Source of the DNA: an uncultured Hyphomicrobiales bacterium
GTDB lineage: Bacteria > Bacteroidota > Ignavibacteria > Kapaibacteriales > UBA2268
Assembly (NCBI GenBank): GCA_964524325.1
Contig: CAZGCT010000001.1
Coordinates: 172,164-236,163 of the forward strand
Direction: 5' to 3'
DNA: 64,000 nucleotides
Both the position numbers and the translations under genes were made by a program. Of this stretch, positions 40,535 to 49,530 are shown in pieces; the first letter of the stretch is position 1; each line of letters begins with the position of its first letter. The notes under the pieces are model-generated. The model did not search any database and had not been told where the DNA came from. It saw only the letters and a list, made by a program, of their open reading frames with translations.

Positions 40535-41389
40535 CTAGTAAGATTCTGATTCGTTGGGAAAGTTTTGGTTTCTAACATCTTCAGCATACTTTTTACAAGC
40601 TTCTAAAATTGTTTCGAACAAACTTGCATATCTACGTACAAACCGAGGATTAAAATCTATAGTTAAGCCAACAAGGTCGGTATACACAAGGATTTGCCCA
40701 TCGCAGTGCGGCCCTGCGCCAATACCTATTGTGGGTATTTTAATTGCTTGAGAAATTTTTTTGGACAGTTCTGCGGGTATTTTTTCAAGGACTACGGCAA
40801 AAACACCAGCTTGTTCTAAGTTTACAGCGTCGCGGAAAATTGCTTCCGCTTCTTGTGGATCTTTGCCTCTTGCCCTATAAGAACCAAATTTGTGGATACT
40901 TTGTGGCGTAAGACCAACGTGACCCATCACCGGAATACCACTTTCTGTCATTCTTCTAATTGCTTGTAAAGTAATTTCTGTAGCACCTTCCAATTTAACT
41001 CCTCCACAACCTGTCTCTTTCATAATTCTTCCTGCATTTGTAAATGCTTCGTCCGCAGATACTTGGTAGCTCATAAACGGCATGTCTGCAATAATTAAGG
41101 GTCTTTTTGCTCCTCTTACAACTGCTTTTGTATGGTAGATAATTTCATCCAATGTAACTGGTATAGTTGTTTCTAACCCTTGGACAACATTACCAAGCGA
41201 ATCTCCAACTAAAATTACATCTACACCACTTTCATCTAATATTCTTCCTATTAAAGCATCATAAGCGGTTAGACAAACTATCTTCTGCCCAGAATTTTTC
41301 ATTTCTTGAAGTCTAAAAGTTGTGACTTTGCGTGGGTCCACGCTTGTGCTTCCAATATAATCCATTTTTCCCTTTTCGATTAAAAGCAA
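40535..41389 (-). CDS. panB: 3-methyl-2-oxobutanoate hydroxymethyltransferase
   Basis: The motifs KIVCLTAYDALIGR, LVGDSLGNVVQG and GIGAGP are present. Confidence 0.85.
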   Translation of the reverse strand: MLLIEKGKMDYIGSTSVDPRKVTTFRLQEMKNSGQKIVCLTAYDALIGRILDESGVDVILVGDSLGNVVQGLETTIPVTLDEIIYHTKAVVRGAKRPLIIADMPFMSYQVSADEAFTNAGRIMKETGCGGVKLEGATEITLQAIRRMTESGIPVMGHVGLTPQSIHKFGSYRARGKDPQEAEAIFRDAVNLEQAGVFAVVLEKIPAELSKKISQAIKIPTIGIGAGPHCDGQILVYTDLVGLTIDFNPRFVRRYASLFETILEACKKYAEDVRNQNFPNESESY

Positions 41390-41678
41390 AATTAAAAAAT
41401 ATGTAACTGGTTAAATAAAATTTTTTTCCGTAATGTATTATTGGATTAAGAAATTTGCTTTGATTTATGTCATTACGGCAGAACCGAGCTACTTGATTTT
41501 ATTCATTTTTAATTCGTAGAAATAATGAACACCGAAACTAGATTTTTTTTAATTTTACTGTTTGGTAATATTTAAATATTAGATTGATACGATTATAAAA
41601 AAGGTACATTAATTTTATATTTATTATAAAACAATAGGGTGCAAATTTTAATAAAAAATATTGAAGAGGTAAATTGGT

Positions 41679-41691
41679 GCTGCTTAGCAGC
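41679..41691. promoter_or_regulatory. 13-bp perfect palindrome GCTGCTTAGCAGC in the divergent panB / octaheme-operon intergenic region
   Basis: An exact palindrome about 250 nt upstream of the octaheme cytochrome start. It is a candidate dimeric regulator binding site. Confidence 0.3.
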
Positions 41692-41942
41692 TGATAATTA
41701 TTGTAGCTTAGTTTTTCAAGTTTTAGAATTTTACTGTTTGTATTGCTATGAGAACCCTTCAAAGTAGTAACAATTTAATTTTTTGCACTAATTTTCTAAG
41801 CAAAACTACAAAAGTTTATCAGCCATGATACTTTGTTCTTGGTGTTATTATTTTATGAAAATAGTGGATTCACTTCAGAAATTGCCTCTTAATTTCCTTT
41901 TAAAATTCGATAATTTCTTATTTATGTTAAATAAAAGAAAGC

Positions 41943-43544
41943 TTGAAAGATATGAGATGGATTGTAATTTCTCTTGCCATTTTAAGCGGCGTCGCTGTTG
42001 TTGTCCTCAACCTTATTAGTCCTAAAGAAATATTACCTACAAAGTTAATGCAATTGAGGGAAAAGTATTCCTCTAAAAAGTTCGAAGCTGGGTACAAACG
42101 TGTCGACCACTCAAAATTTGCTATTCTCCAACAAAATTTCGAAACACCACAAGAGGTTACCAAAGCCTGCATTTCGTGCCACAATAATACTGCAAAAGAT
42201 ATTATGAATGGTAACCATTGGAATTGGGAAAGAGTTGATTACATTAAAGGCAAAGGAATTGTGTATCTTGGGAAAAGAAATGCAATCAATAATTATTGCT
42301 TGAGTGTTGTAAATAGCGAAAAGCTTTGTGCAAAATGCCACATTGGATTCGGAATTGACCATACTGGTCGTGGTTTTACCGATTCAACGAATATTGATTG
42401 CCTAATATGCCATGATAATACTGGATCATATGCAAAAGCTTCAGGGGAAGCTGGTGCACCGTCTCCAAATGTCAATTTCAATTTTGTTGCTCAAAATGTA
42501 GGCAAACCACAGAATGTAAATTGTGGTTCATGTCATTTCTTTGGTGGGGGTGGGAACAACGTAAAGCACGGCGACTTAGAAGTGTCATTGTTGGAGGCTA
42601 CAAATGAAGTTGATGTACATATGGGTATCGATGGATTTAATTTGCAATGTATTGATTGCCATACTACTCATAGGCATAATATATCGGGGAAATTGTATTC
42701 ATTGTCTTCAATGAATACAAATAGAGTTGAATGTGAACAATGCCATACCGCTACACCTCACACAAAAGGGATTTTAAACGAGCATACATTGAAAGTAGCT
42801 TGCCAGACTTGTCACATACCTAAATATGCAACAATGAAACCAACTAAATTATCTTGGGATTGGAGCGAAGCTGGAAAACTTGTAGATGGTAAACCGATAA
42901 AACTTAAAGATTCCCTTGGTAATGAAATTTATACATCCCAGAAAGGTAGGTTTACTTGGGGCAACAATGTACGACCCGATTACATTTGGTTCAACGGAAC
43001 TAGTAGCCATTACCTTGCTGGAGACAAGATTCAAGATACTTCGAAACCATTGGTGCTCAATCAATTATTTGGTACATTCGACGACCCAAGTTCAAAAATT
43101 TATCCAGTGAAAATTCATTATGGCAAGCAGCCATTCGACCCGATTAACAAAATACTAATTCAGCCAAAACTTTATGGTGAGAAGTCCGGCGAAGGTGCCT
43201 TTTGGGTTGATTTCGATTGGAAAACTTCTTCAAAAATTGGTATGCAAACTCTCGATTTACCTTTCAGTGGTGAAATTTCTTTCATTCCAACTATTATGTA
43301 TTGGCCCTTAAATCATTTGGTTGTTAAAAAAGAAAAATCTGTGCAGTGTATAGAATGCCATACCAAAAACAGCTCTCGCCTTGCTGGACTTCAAGGTCTT
43401 TACTTGCCCGGGAGGGATAATAGCGATTTGGTTGACTACGGTGGTTTAATATTAATAATTTTAGTGATTCTTTTGGTTGTGATCCACTCTTCATTTAGGA
43501 TTTATTTTTATTTTAAAAATAAAAAAGAGGTTCAAAATGGGTAG
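41943..43544 (+). CDS. membrane-anchored octaheme c-type cytochrome (OTR/HAO-like superfamily)
   Basis: There are eight CxxCH motifs: CISCH, CAKCH, CLICH, CGSCH, CIDCH, CEQCH, CQTCH and CIECH. A hydrophobic segment sits at each end. No CxxCK motif is present. Confidence 0.8.
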   Translation: MKDMRWIVISLAILSGVAVVVLNLISPKEILPTKLMQLREKYSSKKFEAGYKRVDHSKFAILQQNFETPQEVTKACISCHNNTAKDIMNGNHWNWERVDYIKGKGIVYLGKRNAINNYCLSVVNSEKLCAKCHIGFGIDHTGRGFTDSTNIDCLICHDNTGSYAKASGEAGAPSPNVNFNFVAQNVGKPQNVNCGSCHFFGGGGNNVKHGDLEVSLLEATNEVDVHMGIDGFNLQCIDCHTTHRHNISGKLYSLSSMNTNRVECEQCHTATPHTKGILNEHTLKVACQTCHIPKYATMKPTKLSWDWSEAGKLVDGKPIKLKDSLGNEIYTSQKGRFTWGNNVRPDYIWFNGTSSHYLAGDKIQDTSKPLVLNQLFGTFDDPSSKIYPVKIHYGKQPFDPINKILIQPKLYGEKSGEGAFWVDFDWKTSSKIGMQTLDLPFSGEISFIPTIMYWPLNHLVVKKEKSVQCIECHTKNSSRLAGLQGLYLPGRDNSDLVDYGGLILIILVILLVVIHSSFRIYFYFKNKKEVQNG

Positions 43545-44211
43545 GAAAGTTTATATCTATTCTGCATACGAGAGATTTTGGCATTGGACTCAAGCAATTT
43601 TGATTTTCTTTTTAGCCTTCACTGGCTTCGAGGTACATGGTGTTTATATTTTCTTTGGGTACGAAAATGCTGTAATTTACCATAGAATTGCTGCCTATCT
43701 TTACATCATATTGGTTATTTTCACTATTTTTTGGCATTTTGCTACAGGACTATGGAAACAGTATATTCCTACGCGAAAATTCATTAAGGAACAAATTGAG
43801 TTTTATATTACCGGTATTTTTCGTAATGCTCCTCATCCTATTAAAAAGACTGTTTTAAGCAAACTTAATCCATTACAAAAGCTTACTTACTTTGCATTAA
43901 AAGTTTTGGTAATTCCAATAGTGGGTACATCTGGTTTATTCTATCTTTTTTATCGGTACCAAACCGACTTAGGGGTACAAGCAATTAATATTGCTTCATT
44001 GAAATACATTGCAATAATTCACACCGCCGGTGCAATTTTGCTGGTTGCTTTTATTATTGTGCATATTTATTTAACTACAACTGGAACTACTATTTTTTCA
44101 AATCTAAATGCTATGTTGACTGGGTACGAAGAAATAGAAACAAAGGAAGAATCGGATAAAAATTTCGTCCAGAAATCAGAGTTGCCGGTTCAAAATTTAG
44201 AAGAAAATTAA
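43537..44211 (+). CDS. cytochrome b561/HydC/FdnI-family membrane b-type cytochrome subunit
   Basis: RFWHWTQAILIFFLAFTGFEVHG and four TM helices carrying His ligands are present. The gene overlaps the cytochrome c gene by 8 nt. Confidence 0.7.
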   Translation: MGRKVYIYSAYERFWHWTQAILIFFLAFTGFEVHGVYIFFGYENAVIYHRIAAYLYIILVIFTIFWHFATGLWKQYIPTRKFIKEQIEFYITGIFRNAPHPIKKTVLSKLNPLQKLTYFALKVLVIPIVGTSGLFYLFYRYQTDLGVQAINIASLKYIAIIHTAGAILLVAFIIVHIYLTTTGTTIFSNLNAMLTGYEEIETKEESDKNFVQKSELPVQNLEEN

Positions 44212-44232
44212 TTTAAGTCATAAATTTGGAGA

Positions 44233-44754
44233 GTGAATATGGAAACACAAAAGTATATGAATCCTTACTTGGCGGGCTTGTTGTTAGGTTTGTTGTTACT
44301 TTTTACTTTTTTTATCACTGGTCGTGGTTTGGGTGCAAGTGGTGCATTCAAAAGCCTTACAGTTGCTACAGTCCAAAGCATTGCCCCTGGACATTCAAAT
44401 AATTCTAAATTCTACAAGGAATATTCCGAAGAGCATTCTGGAAATCCCTTGATGAACTGGCTTGTCTTTGAAATTTCGGGTGTCATTATTGGGGCTTTTC
44501 TTTCTGGACTTGCATCCAATAGATTGAAACTTCAATTGGAAAAAGGACCGAGGTTGTCTTCGAACACAAGAATAATCGCAGCATTTCTTGGTGGGGTACT
44601 TTGGGGAGTTGGTTCACAACTTGGTCGAGGTTGCACAAGCGGTGCAGCTTTGAGCGGCCTTGCAATTATGTCCACTGGGGGTATCCTTACCATGATATCA
44701 ATTTTCGCTGGGGCCTATTTGTTTGCATTTTTCTTTAGAAAGTTTTGGATTTAA
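44233..44754 (+). CDS. YeeE/YedE-family sulfur-compound transporter, half-size subunit A
   Basis: The protein is 173 aa with 4 TM helices. The conserved loop GRGCTSGAALSGLA is present. Confidence 0.7.
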   Translation: MNMETQKYMNPYLAGLLLGLLLLFTFFITGRGLGASGAFKSLTVATVQSIAPGHSNNSKFYKEYSEEHSGNPLMNWLVFEISGVIIGAFLSGLASNRLKLQLEKGPRLSSNTRIIAAFLGGVLWGVGSQLGRGCTSGAALSGLAIMSTGGILTMISIFAGAYLFAFFFRKFWI

Positions 44755-44766
44755 TTGGGAGGATTT

Positions 44767-45996
44767 ATGGGACCACTTGTGCCAGATGTAATTAGTCAAG
44801 GGTTAAATTTTGTTATTGCATTTTTTATTGGAATTTTCTTTGGTGCGATATTGGAACAGGCAGGTTTTTCTTCTTCGCGAAAACTTGTTGGTTTGTTCTA
44901 CGGTTATGATTTTACGGTTTTAAGAGTATTCTTTACTGCTGGTGCCGTTGCAATGGCTGGAATTTTTCTTTTCCAAACATTTGGAATCATCGATATTACT
45001 GCCTTTTATATAAATCCAACTTACTTCTGGTCTGCAATAGTTGGTGGTTTAATTATGGGACTGGGATTTGTTGTTGGTGGATATTGCCCAGGAACAAGTG
45101 TTTGTGCTGCTTCCATAGGTAAGCTCGACGCAATGGTTTTCGTTTTTGGCATTATTGTTGGCGTTTTTATTTTTGCCGAAGGGTACAGTATCTTTGAACC
45201 ATTATATAAAAGTTCGTTTCTGGGTTATCCAAGAATTTTCCAAACCTTAAATATTTCTCAGCAGTTTTTTGCTTTTCTTTTGGTTATAATTGCTTTATCT
45301 GCTTTTTATTTTACAAATATTATTGAAAACAAAGTAAATAGTAAAAAGCTAAGTGCCATCAAAACTACACCTTATTTTGCAATAGTGTTAGTGATTGGAG
45401 TTGTTATTGCTTTTTCTTCCTTTACTTTTTACGATAAAAAGGAGATGATATTAAGTTTAACGGAAAATCCAGAATATGTTGTCTCTGCAACTGGTATTTC
45501 TTGCTCCGATACTAATCCAAATCCAAATTCAATTTGCCCTGACGAATTTGCTCTTATCTTAATTAGAATCCTTGAGTTTAAAAACATTAAAATTTATGAT
45601 TTCAGACCCACAGAAGATAGACAAAAACTACCATTTCCAAAATCTATACCCTCAACAATTGATGATTTGTTTTCTAAAGAATTCAATAGACTACTTCGGG
45701 TGAGGGGCACCGAAAATATTTTTATTGCTAATGATGAATTTACAGAAAGAAAGATGGTCTTTATTGCTAAAAGTTTGGGCTACAAAAAAGTTAAGTTTTT
45801 GAAAGGTGGGGTGAACTACTTTGTCGATGAAATTTTGAATTACAAAGAAAACCCCGATCCTAGAACCCAACAAGAAATTAACCGGAACAAATTTAGGCTT
45901 TATGCTAAACAAGTATTACCGGAAATCTTTGCAAAGTCTAAGACAAATGAAGTTTCCCAAACAAAGAAGAAAAAACCTACTATGGGAGGGTGTTAG
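44767..45996 (+). CDS. YeeE/YedE-family transporter half-size subunit B fused to a rhodanese-like domain lacking the active-site Cys
   Basis: The N-terminal TM region carries GGYCPGTSVCAAS. The C-terminus has a rhodanese-like fold (KIYDFRPTEDRQ...FLKGGVNYF) with no Cys at the catalytic loop position. The start is taken at the ATG preceded by GGGAGG. The ORF track begins at an upstream TTG at 44755. Confidence 0.65.
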   Translation: MGPLVPDVISQGLNFVIAFFIGIFFGAILEQAGFSSSRKLVGLFYGYDFTVLRVFFTAGAVAMAGIFLFQTFGIIDITAFYINPTYFWSAIVGGLIMGLGFVVGGYCPGTSVCAASIGKLDAMVFVFGIIVGVFIFAEGYSIFEPLYKSSFLGYPRIFQTLNISQQFFAFLLVIIALSAFYFTNIIENKVNSKKLSAIKTTPYFAIVLVIGVVIAFSSFTFYDKKEMILSLTENPEYVVSATGISCSDTNPNPNSICPDEFALILIRILEFKNIKIYDFRPTEDRQKLPFPKSIPSTIDDLFSKEFNRLLRVRGTENIFIANDEFTERKMVFIAKSLGYKKVKFLKGGVNYFVDEILNYKENPDPRTQQEINRNKFRLYAKQVLPEIFAKSKTNEVSQTKKKKPTMGGC

Positions 45997-46080
45997 TATC
46001 TCTTTTTTGAATTTTTAATTAGGATTAGATTTTGTTTAGTTGCATGGGTTATTTGTTTAGATTAACTTTTTAAAACTAAT

Positions 46081-47376
46081 TTACTTTATCATGTTTCCAT
46101 AATGATCGAACATGTATTTCACAACGGCTTCGGCTTCGTTTGGTTTTAGACCTTGGTTTGGCATAGGCGGGTAATTTGGGTCTACTTTAACAGGGTTTAG
46201 AATGTACCTTACCATATCTTCTTGGCGATCCTCATATTTTTTTAATACTTCTTTGTGAGGAGGGCCAACCAATTTGGTATCGAATTGATGACAAGCAACA
46301 CATTTTGCTTTGTAAATCTCTTCCCCATTAACTTCTTTGACTGTACTGCGACCAGCACTTGCTAAAAGCTTCTCATGATATGCAATATGATCTTTTGAAA
46401 TTTTGAACTCTTGTATTTTGTTCGAAATTGCGAGGGAGGTTGCATCCGAACCAAAGAACAATAGGAAAGAGAATATTGCAGAGAAAAAGGCATTTTTGGC
46501 AAAAGTAATGCTTTTATTTTTTAATGAAAAATAACTAAATAGTAAGCAAAGTAAAAAAACAAGCAAAGAAGCTACAAGTAAAATGTAATTTTGTAGGGTT
46601 ACAAGACTTTTGGGTAAATTGACATAAATGACAAGAGAAATAATTGGAAGAATATTGCCCCAGATGATAACATTTGAAAGAGCTTTTTTAACCACACCGT
46701 TTTCTTCAGGAAAAAATTCGCCTATTTCGGAAACTTTATCCACTGTAAATGTTTTGAAAATGTAGGCTAAGGAGGAAAGGACAAAAGCAATTCCAATGAA
46801 TTGGATAATTCTGAAAATAATATTCAAATCCAAAAAATCTGCAATGTTGAAGCCAGATAAAACGAATGAATTTTGAATTGCAATTAATGAAATACCATTA
46901 GTTAAGTATATAGTAAAAAAGATTGCAATTATTGAAAGTGTTTGAAGTAATAAAATAGTCGGATTAATGTTTATTAAACTATGATTCTTTTCAAAAAAAA
47001 ATAGTATGGTCTTTAGGAAAACTACAAATAAGATGAAAAGTAGAGTGGAAGAAAAAAGTACTACAAAAAAGTCATTGGGTGCCTTTTGCATAAATTGAAG
47101 TAAGGAATAATATATCGAAAGCAAAGGAACAAACCCAAGCCCGATTAACGCTACATAGCCTCTTGCGATATACTCGATAAAGTTCCTTGCAATAGTTAAA
47201 TAGTATTCGTTTTTTGTTTTATTGGTTTTAACATAGAAATATAGGGAATAAATTACACCACCAAACAAAAAAGCAAAATAAAGGTTGAAGGTTGAAAAAC
47301 CTAAATAGAAAAATATCTCCAAAAGTTTTGAAACCTGTACTGAATGTGGAATTGCAAAAACGTTCAACGCTTCCAT
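46081..47376 (-). CDS. polytopic membrane protein with C-terminal class-I cytochrome c domain
   Basis: About 12 TM helices are followed by KAKCVACHQFD ... PPMP, a CxxCH motif plus a Met-ligand region. It is the last gene of the cox/ctaB run. Confidence 0.55.
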   Translation of the reverse strand: MEALNVFAIPHSVQVSKLLEIFFYLGFSTFNLYFAFLFGGVIYSLYFYVKTNKTKNEYYLTIARNFIEYIARGYVALIGLGFVPLLSIYYSLLQFMQKAPNDFFVVLFSSTLLFILFVVFLKTILFFFEKNHSLININPTILLLQTLSIIAIFFTIYLTNGISLIAIQNSFVLSGFNIADFLDLNIIFRIIQFIGIAFVLSSLAYIFKTFTVDKVSEIGEFFPEENGVVKKALSNVIIWGNILPIISLVIYVNLPKSLVTLQNYILLVASLLVFLLCLLFSYFSLKNKSITFAKNAFFSAIFSFLLFFGSDATSLAISNKIQEFKISKDHIAYHEKLLASAGRSTVKEVNGEEIYKAKCVACHQFDTKLVGPPHKEVLKKYEDRQEDMVRYILNPVKVDPNYPPMPNQGLKPNEAEAVVKYMFDHYGNMIK

Positions 47377-47386
47377 TTATTCTCTC

Positions 47387-48256
47387 CTAAAATTTGAGTA
47401 TTTTCTGAACTGAAATGACAAGTGAGAAAATTAAAACAAAGATGTTCAAATTTATAAATGCTATTTTATAAAAGTTTTGTGGTTGGATAACTTTAACCAT
47501 ACGGTAAATTCTTCCTAAAAATAAAACACCTAGCAAAAAAACAACGATAAACGAATAAAGATTAAAACTTTCGATAAAAGCTAATATTATCAATGCAATT
47601 ATCACAAGTGCAAAAATCCAAAAAAAAGATATTCTTGCAATTTGTAAGGAAGAAAAAATATCTGTGAGCACTGGAAAGCCAGCATTTCGATACTCTTTCT
47701 CATAAACAATTAAAAGTAACCAAAAATGTGGAATTTGCCATACAAAAAAGAAAAGGGAAATTGAAAAGATTTGAGGATGCTCAATTGAACCGCCCGCAAA
47801 TGTCCAACCTATCAAAGGAGGAATTGCTCCAATCACAGCTCCAGGGATTGCTGCAAAAGGGGTTATTCTCTTCAAAGGTGTATAAATTACATTATAAAAA
47901 ATTAAGGCAAGAAGCCCAAAAAAGAAAGGGTGTGACTTTTCACTTGAGAGAAAAAGTACAGCTAAGCCTATTGCAATTAGTGCTCCAGATATAATAGTTC
48001 CAGATGCTGGAGAAATTACTCCTTGGGGGATTGGACGAGACATTGTTCTTGGCATTCGACTGTCCAATTGCCATTCTTGCACTTGATTGAGTGCACCGGA
48101 GCCTCCAGCCAGCAAAAAAACACCAAGCCAAAGGAAAAACAAATCGAAATTAATAGAATTGTTTGCAAGTATATAACCAAGAATTGCTGATATCGATACA
48201 AATACGACAATTCGAAATTTAATCAATATTAGAAAATTCTTTAAGGTAAATTTCAT
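47387..48256 (-). CDS. ctaB: protoheme IX farnesyltransferase (heme O synthase)
   Basis: A UbiA-family fold carries the motif NQVQEWQLDSRMPRTMSRPIP. Confidence 0.8.
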   Translation of the reverse strand: MKFTLKNFLILIKFRIVVFVSISAILGYILANNSINFDLFFLWLGVFLLAGGSGALNQVQEWQLDSRMPRTMSRPIPQGVISPASGTIISGALIAIGLAVLFLSSEKSHPFFFGLLALIFYNVIYTPLKRITPFAAIPGAVIGAIPPLIGWTFAGGSIEHPQIFSISLFFFVWQIPHFWLLLIVYEKEYRNAGFPVLTDIFSSLQIARISFFWIFALVIIALIILAFIESFNLYSFIVVFLLGVLFLGRIYRMVKVIQPQNFYKIAFINLNIFVLIFSLVISVQKILKF

Positions 48257-49224
48257 TGTTTATTTTTTGCAAAGTTGATGAACAACAAATCAACAATGTA
48301 CTCTAATTCATCTTCTTTTAAGTTGTTTAGTTGTCTTGGCATTTTAATTTTTTCATAACCACTAACAATATGTAAGTCGGGGTTGATTATTGATTCCCGA
48401 ATGTAGTTCTTGTCTATAGCAACAGAAGTGTCTTTCCCATTGAAGATGACTTTTGCAAAACCCCGAGATAATTCAGAAAACGATGGACCTATGCTTTTTC
48501 TGTTGTCAATACTATGACATTGGACACAACCTTTTGCAAATAAGATTGCCTGGCTACCAGACAAGTAATCTTTATAGCCACCAGTATGAGATGCTACATA
48601 TTTTCGAAGATAATTATCGTCGACTTTACCCTCTAGCCATTGCGAAAATTCATGCTCCGGTACGACATAGACTTTTGTGTACATTAATGAATGATTCAAA
48701 CCGCAATATTCAGCACATGCTATGTCGAATGAACCAATTTCTTTCGGATGTACAACCATATAGTTTTCTCTACCAGGAATAGCGTCCTCTTTAATTCTAA
48801 AAGCAGGTATGTAAAAAGAATGGTTTACGTCTTGCGATACAATGTTGAACTTAACTGGCCTTCCAACCGGTATAAACAAAGTGTCTGTTACTTTGCCATT
48901 ATCGTAAAAAAAATTCCAAGCCCACATTTTTGCTTCGACCTTAACGTTCAGTGCGTTGGGTGGAACAATTCGCGATTCCTTGAAAACTCCATAACTGTAG
49001 AAAAACATTGTTAAGACAAGTATTACAGGAACAACAATCCAAATAATTTCAACAACCTTATTCCCCTCAATTTGCGAGGCGACTGGATTTCTCTTCCGAT
49101 TGTATTTGATTACAAAATATATCATAGCAAAAGTAACAATCAAAAGTAACGCAACTGCTATTCCTATTATATACAACATCACATAATCGACTGATTTAGC
49201 ATATTCTGTTGCCCATTGAAACAT
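48253..49224 (-). CDS. coxB: cytochrome c oxidase subunit II with fused cytochrome c domain (caa3-type)
   Basis: Two N-terminal TM helices are followed by the CuA motif CAEYCGLNHSLM. A C-terminal CVQCH heme site is present. Confidence 0.85.
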   Translation of the reverse strand: MFQWATEYAKSVDYVMLYIIGIAVALLLIVTFAMIYFVIKYNRKRNPVASQIEGNKVVEIIWIVVPVILVLTMFFYSYGVFKESRIVPPNALNVKVEAKMWAWNFFYDNGKVTDTLFIPVGRPVKFNIVSQDVNHSFYIPAFRIKEDAIPGRENYMVVHPKEIGSFDIACAEYCGLNHSLMYTKVYVVPEHEFSQWLEGKVDDNYLRKYVASHTGGYKDYLSGSQAILFAKGCVQCHSIDNRKSIGPSFSELSRGFAKVIFNGKDTSVAIDKNYIRESIINPDLHIVSGYEKIKMPRQLNNLKEDELEYIVDLLFINFAKNKQ

Positions 49225-49233
49225 TTCAACCTC

Positions 49234-49527
49234 CTACCTAAAGAAAATATCAGTTGCCGTAAGAATAAAAATTGATGCAAGCGTTACCAGTGCAACCAAA
49301 AGAAAGAACTTGAAAATTGCATCGTCGAATTTAATATGCATAAAATAGTTTATAACAAGAGTTGACTTGACAGCTGCAATAAATAAAGCTATAAACAAAG
49401 CAATCCGACCAAAATCTACACCAGCAATGGTTACTGTAAGGACAGTAAGTGAAACAAGGCTTAACCAAACAAGTACATAAGTTCCATAGGGTATTAAATG
49501 TGAGTTGTGCTCTTTTTCCATTGTCAC
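49234..49527 (-). CDS. coxD: cytochrome c oxidase small subunit IV (CoxD-like)
   Basis: A 97-aa protein with 3 TM helices, positioned between coxC and coxB. Confidence 0.5.
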   Translation of the reverse strand: MTMEKEHNSHLIPYGTYVLVWLSLVSLTVLTVTIAGVDFGRIALFIALFIAAVKSTLVINYFMHIKFDDAIFKFFLLVALVTLASIFILTATDIFFR

Positions 49528-49530
49528 CTC

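Noticed and set aside
41674-41691. sigma-54-like TGGTGC ... GC element overlapping the palindrome
   Set aside because: The GG to GC spacing is one nucleotide short of the obligatory -24/-12 spacing, and the -24 element reads TGGTGC rather than TGGCAC.
44740-44770. Possible frameshift splitting a single YeeE/YedE gene
   Set aside because: An in-frame TAA is followed by a strong GGGAGG-N4-ATG start. Each half is a complete four-TM unit with one conserved Cys loop. This matches known two-gene YeeE/YedE arrangements, so it is kept as two genes, though read-level verification is suggested.
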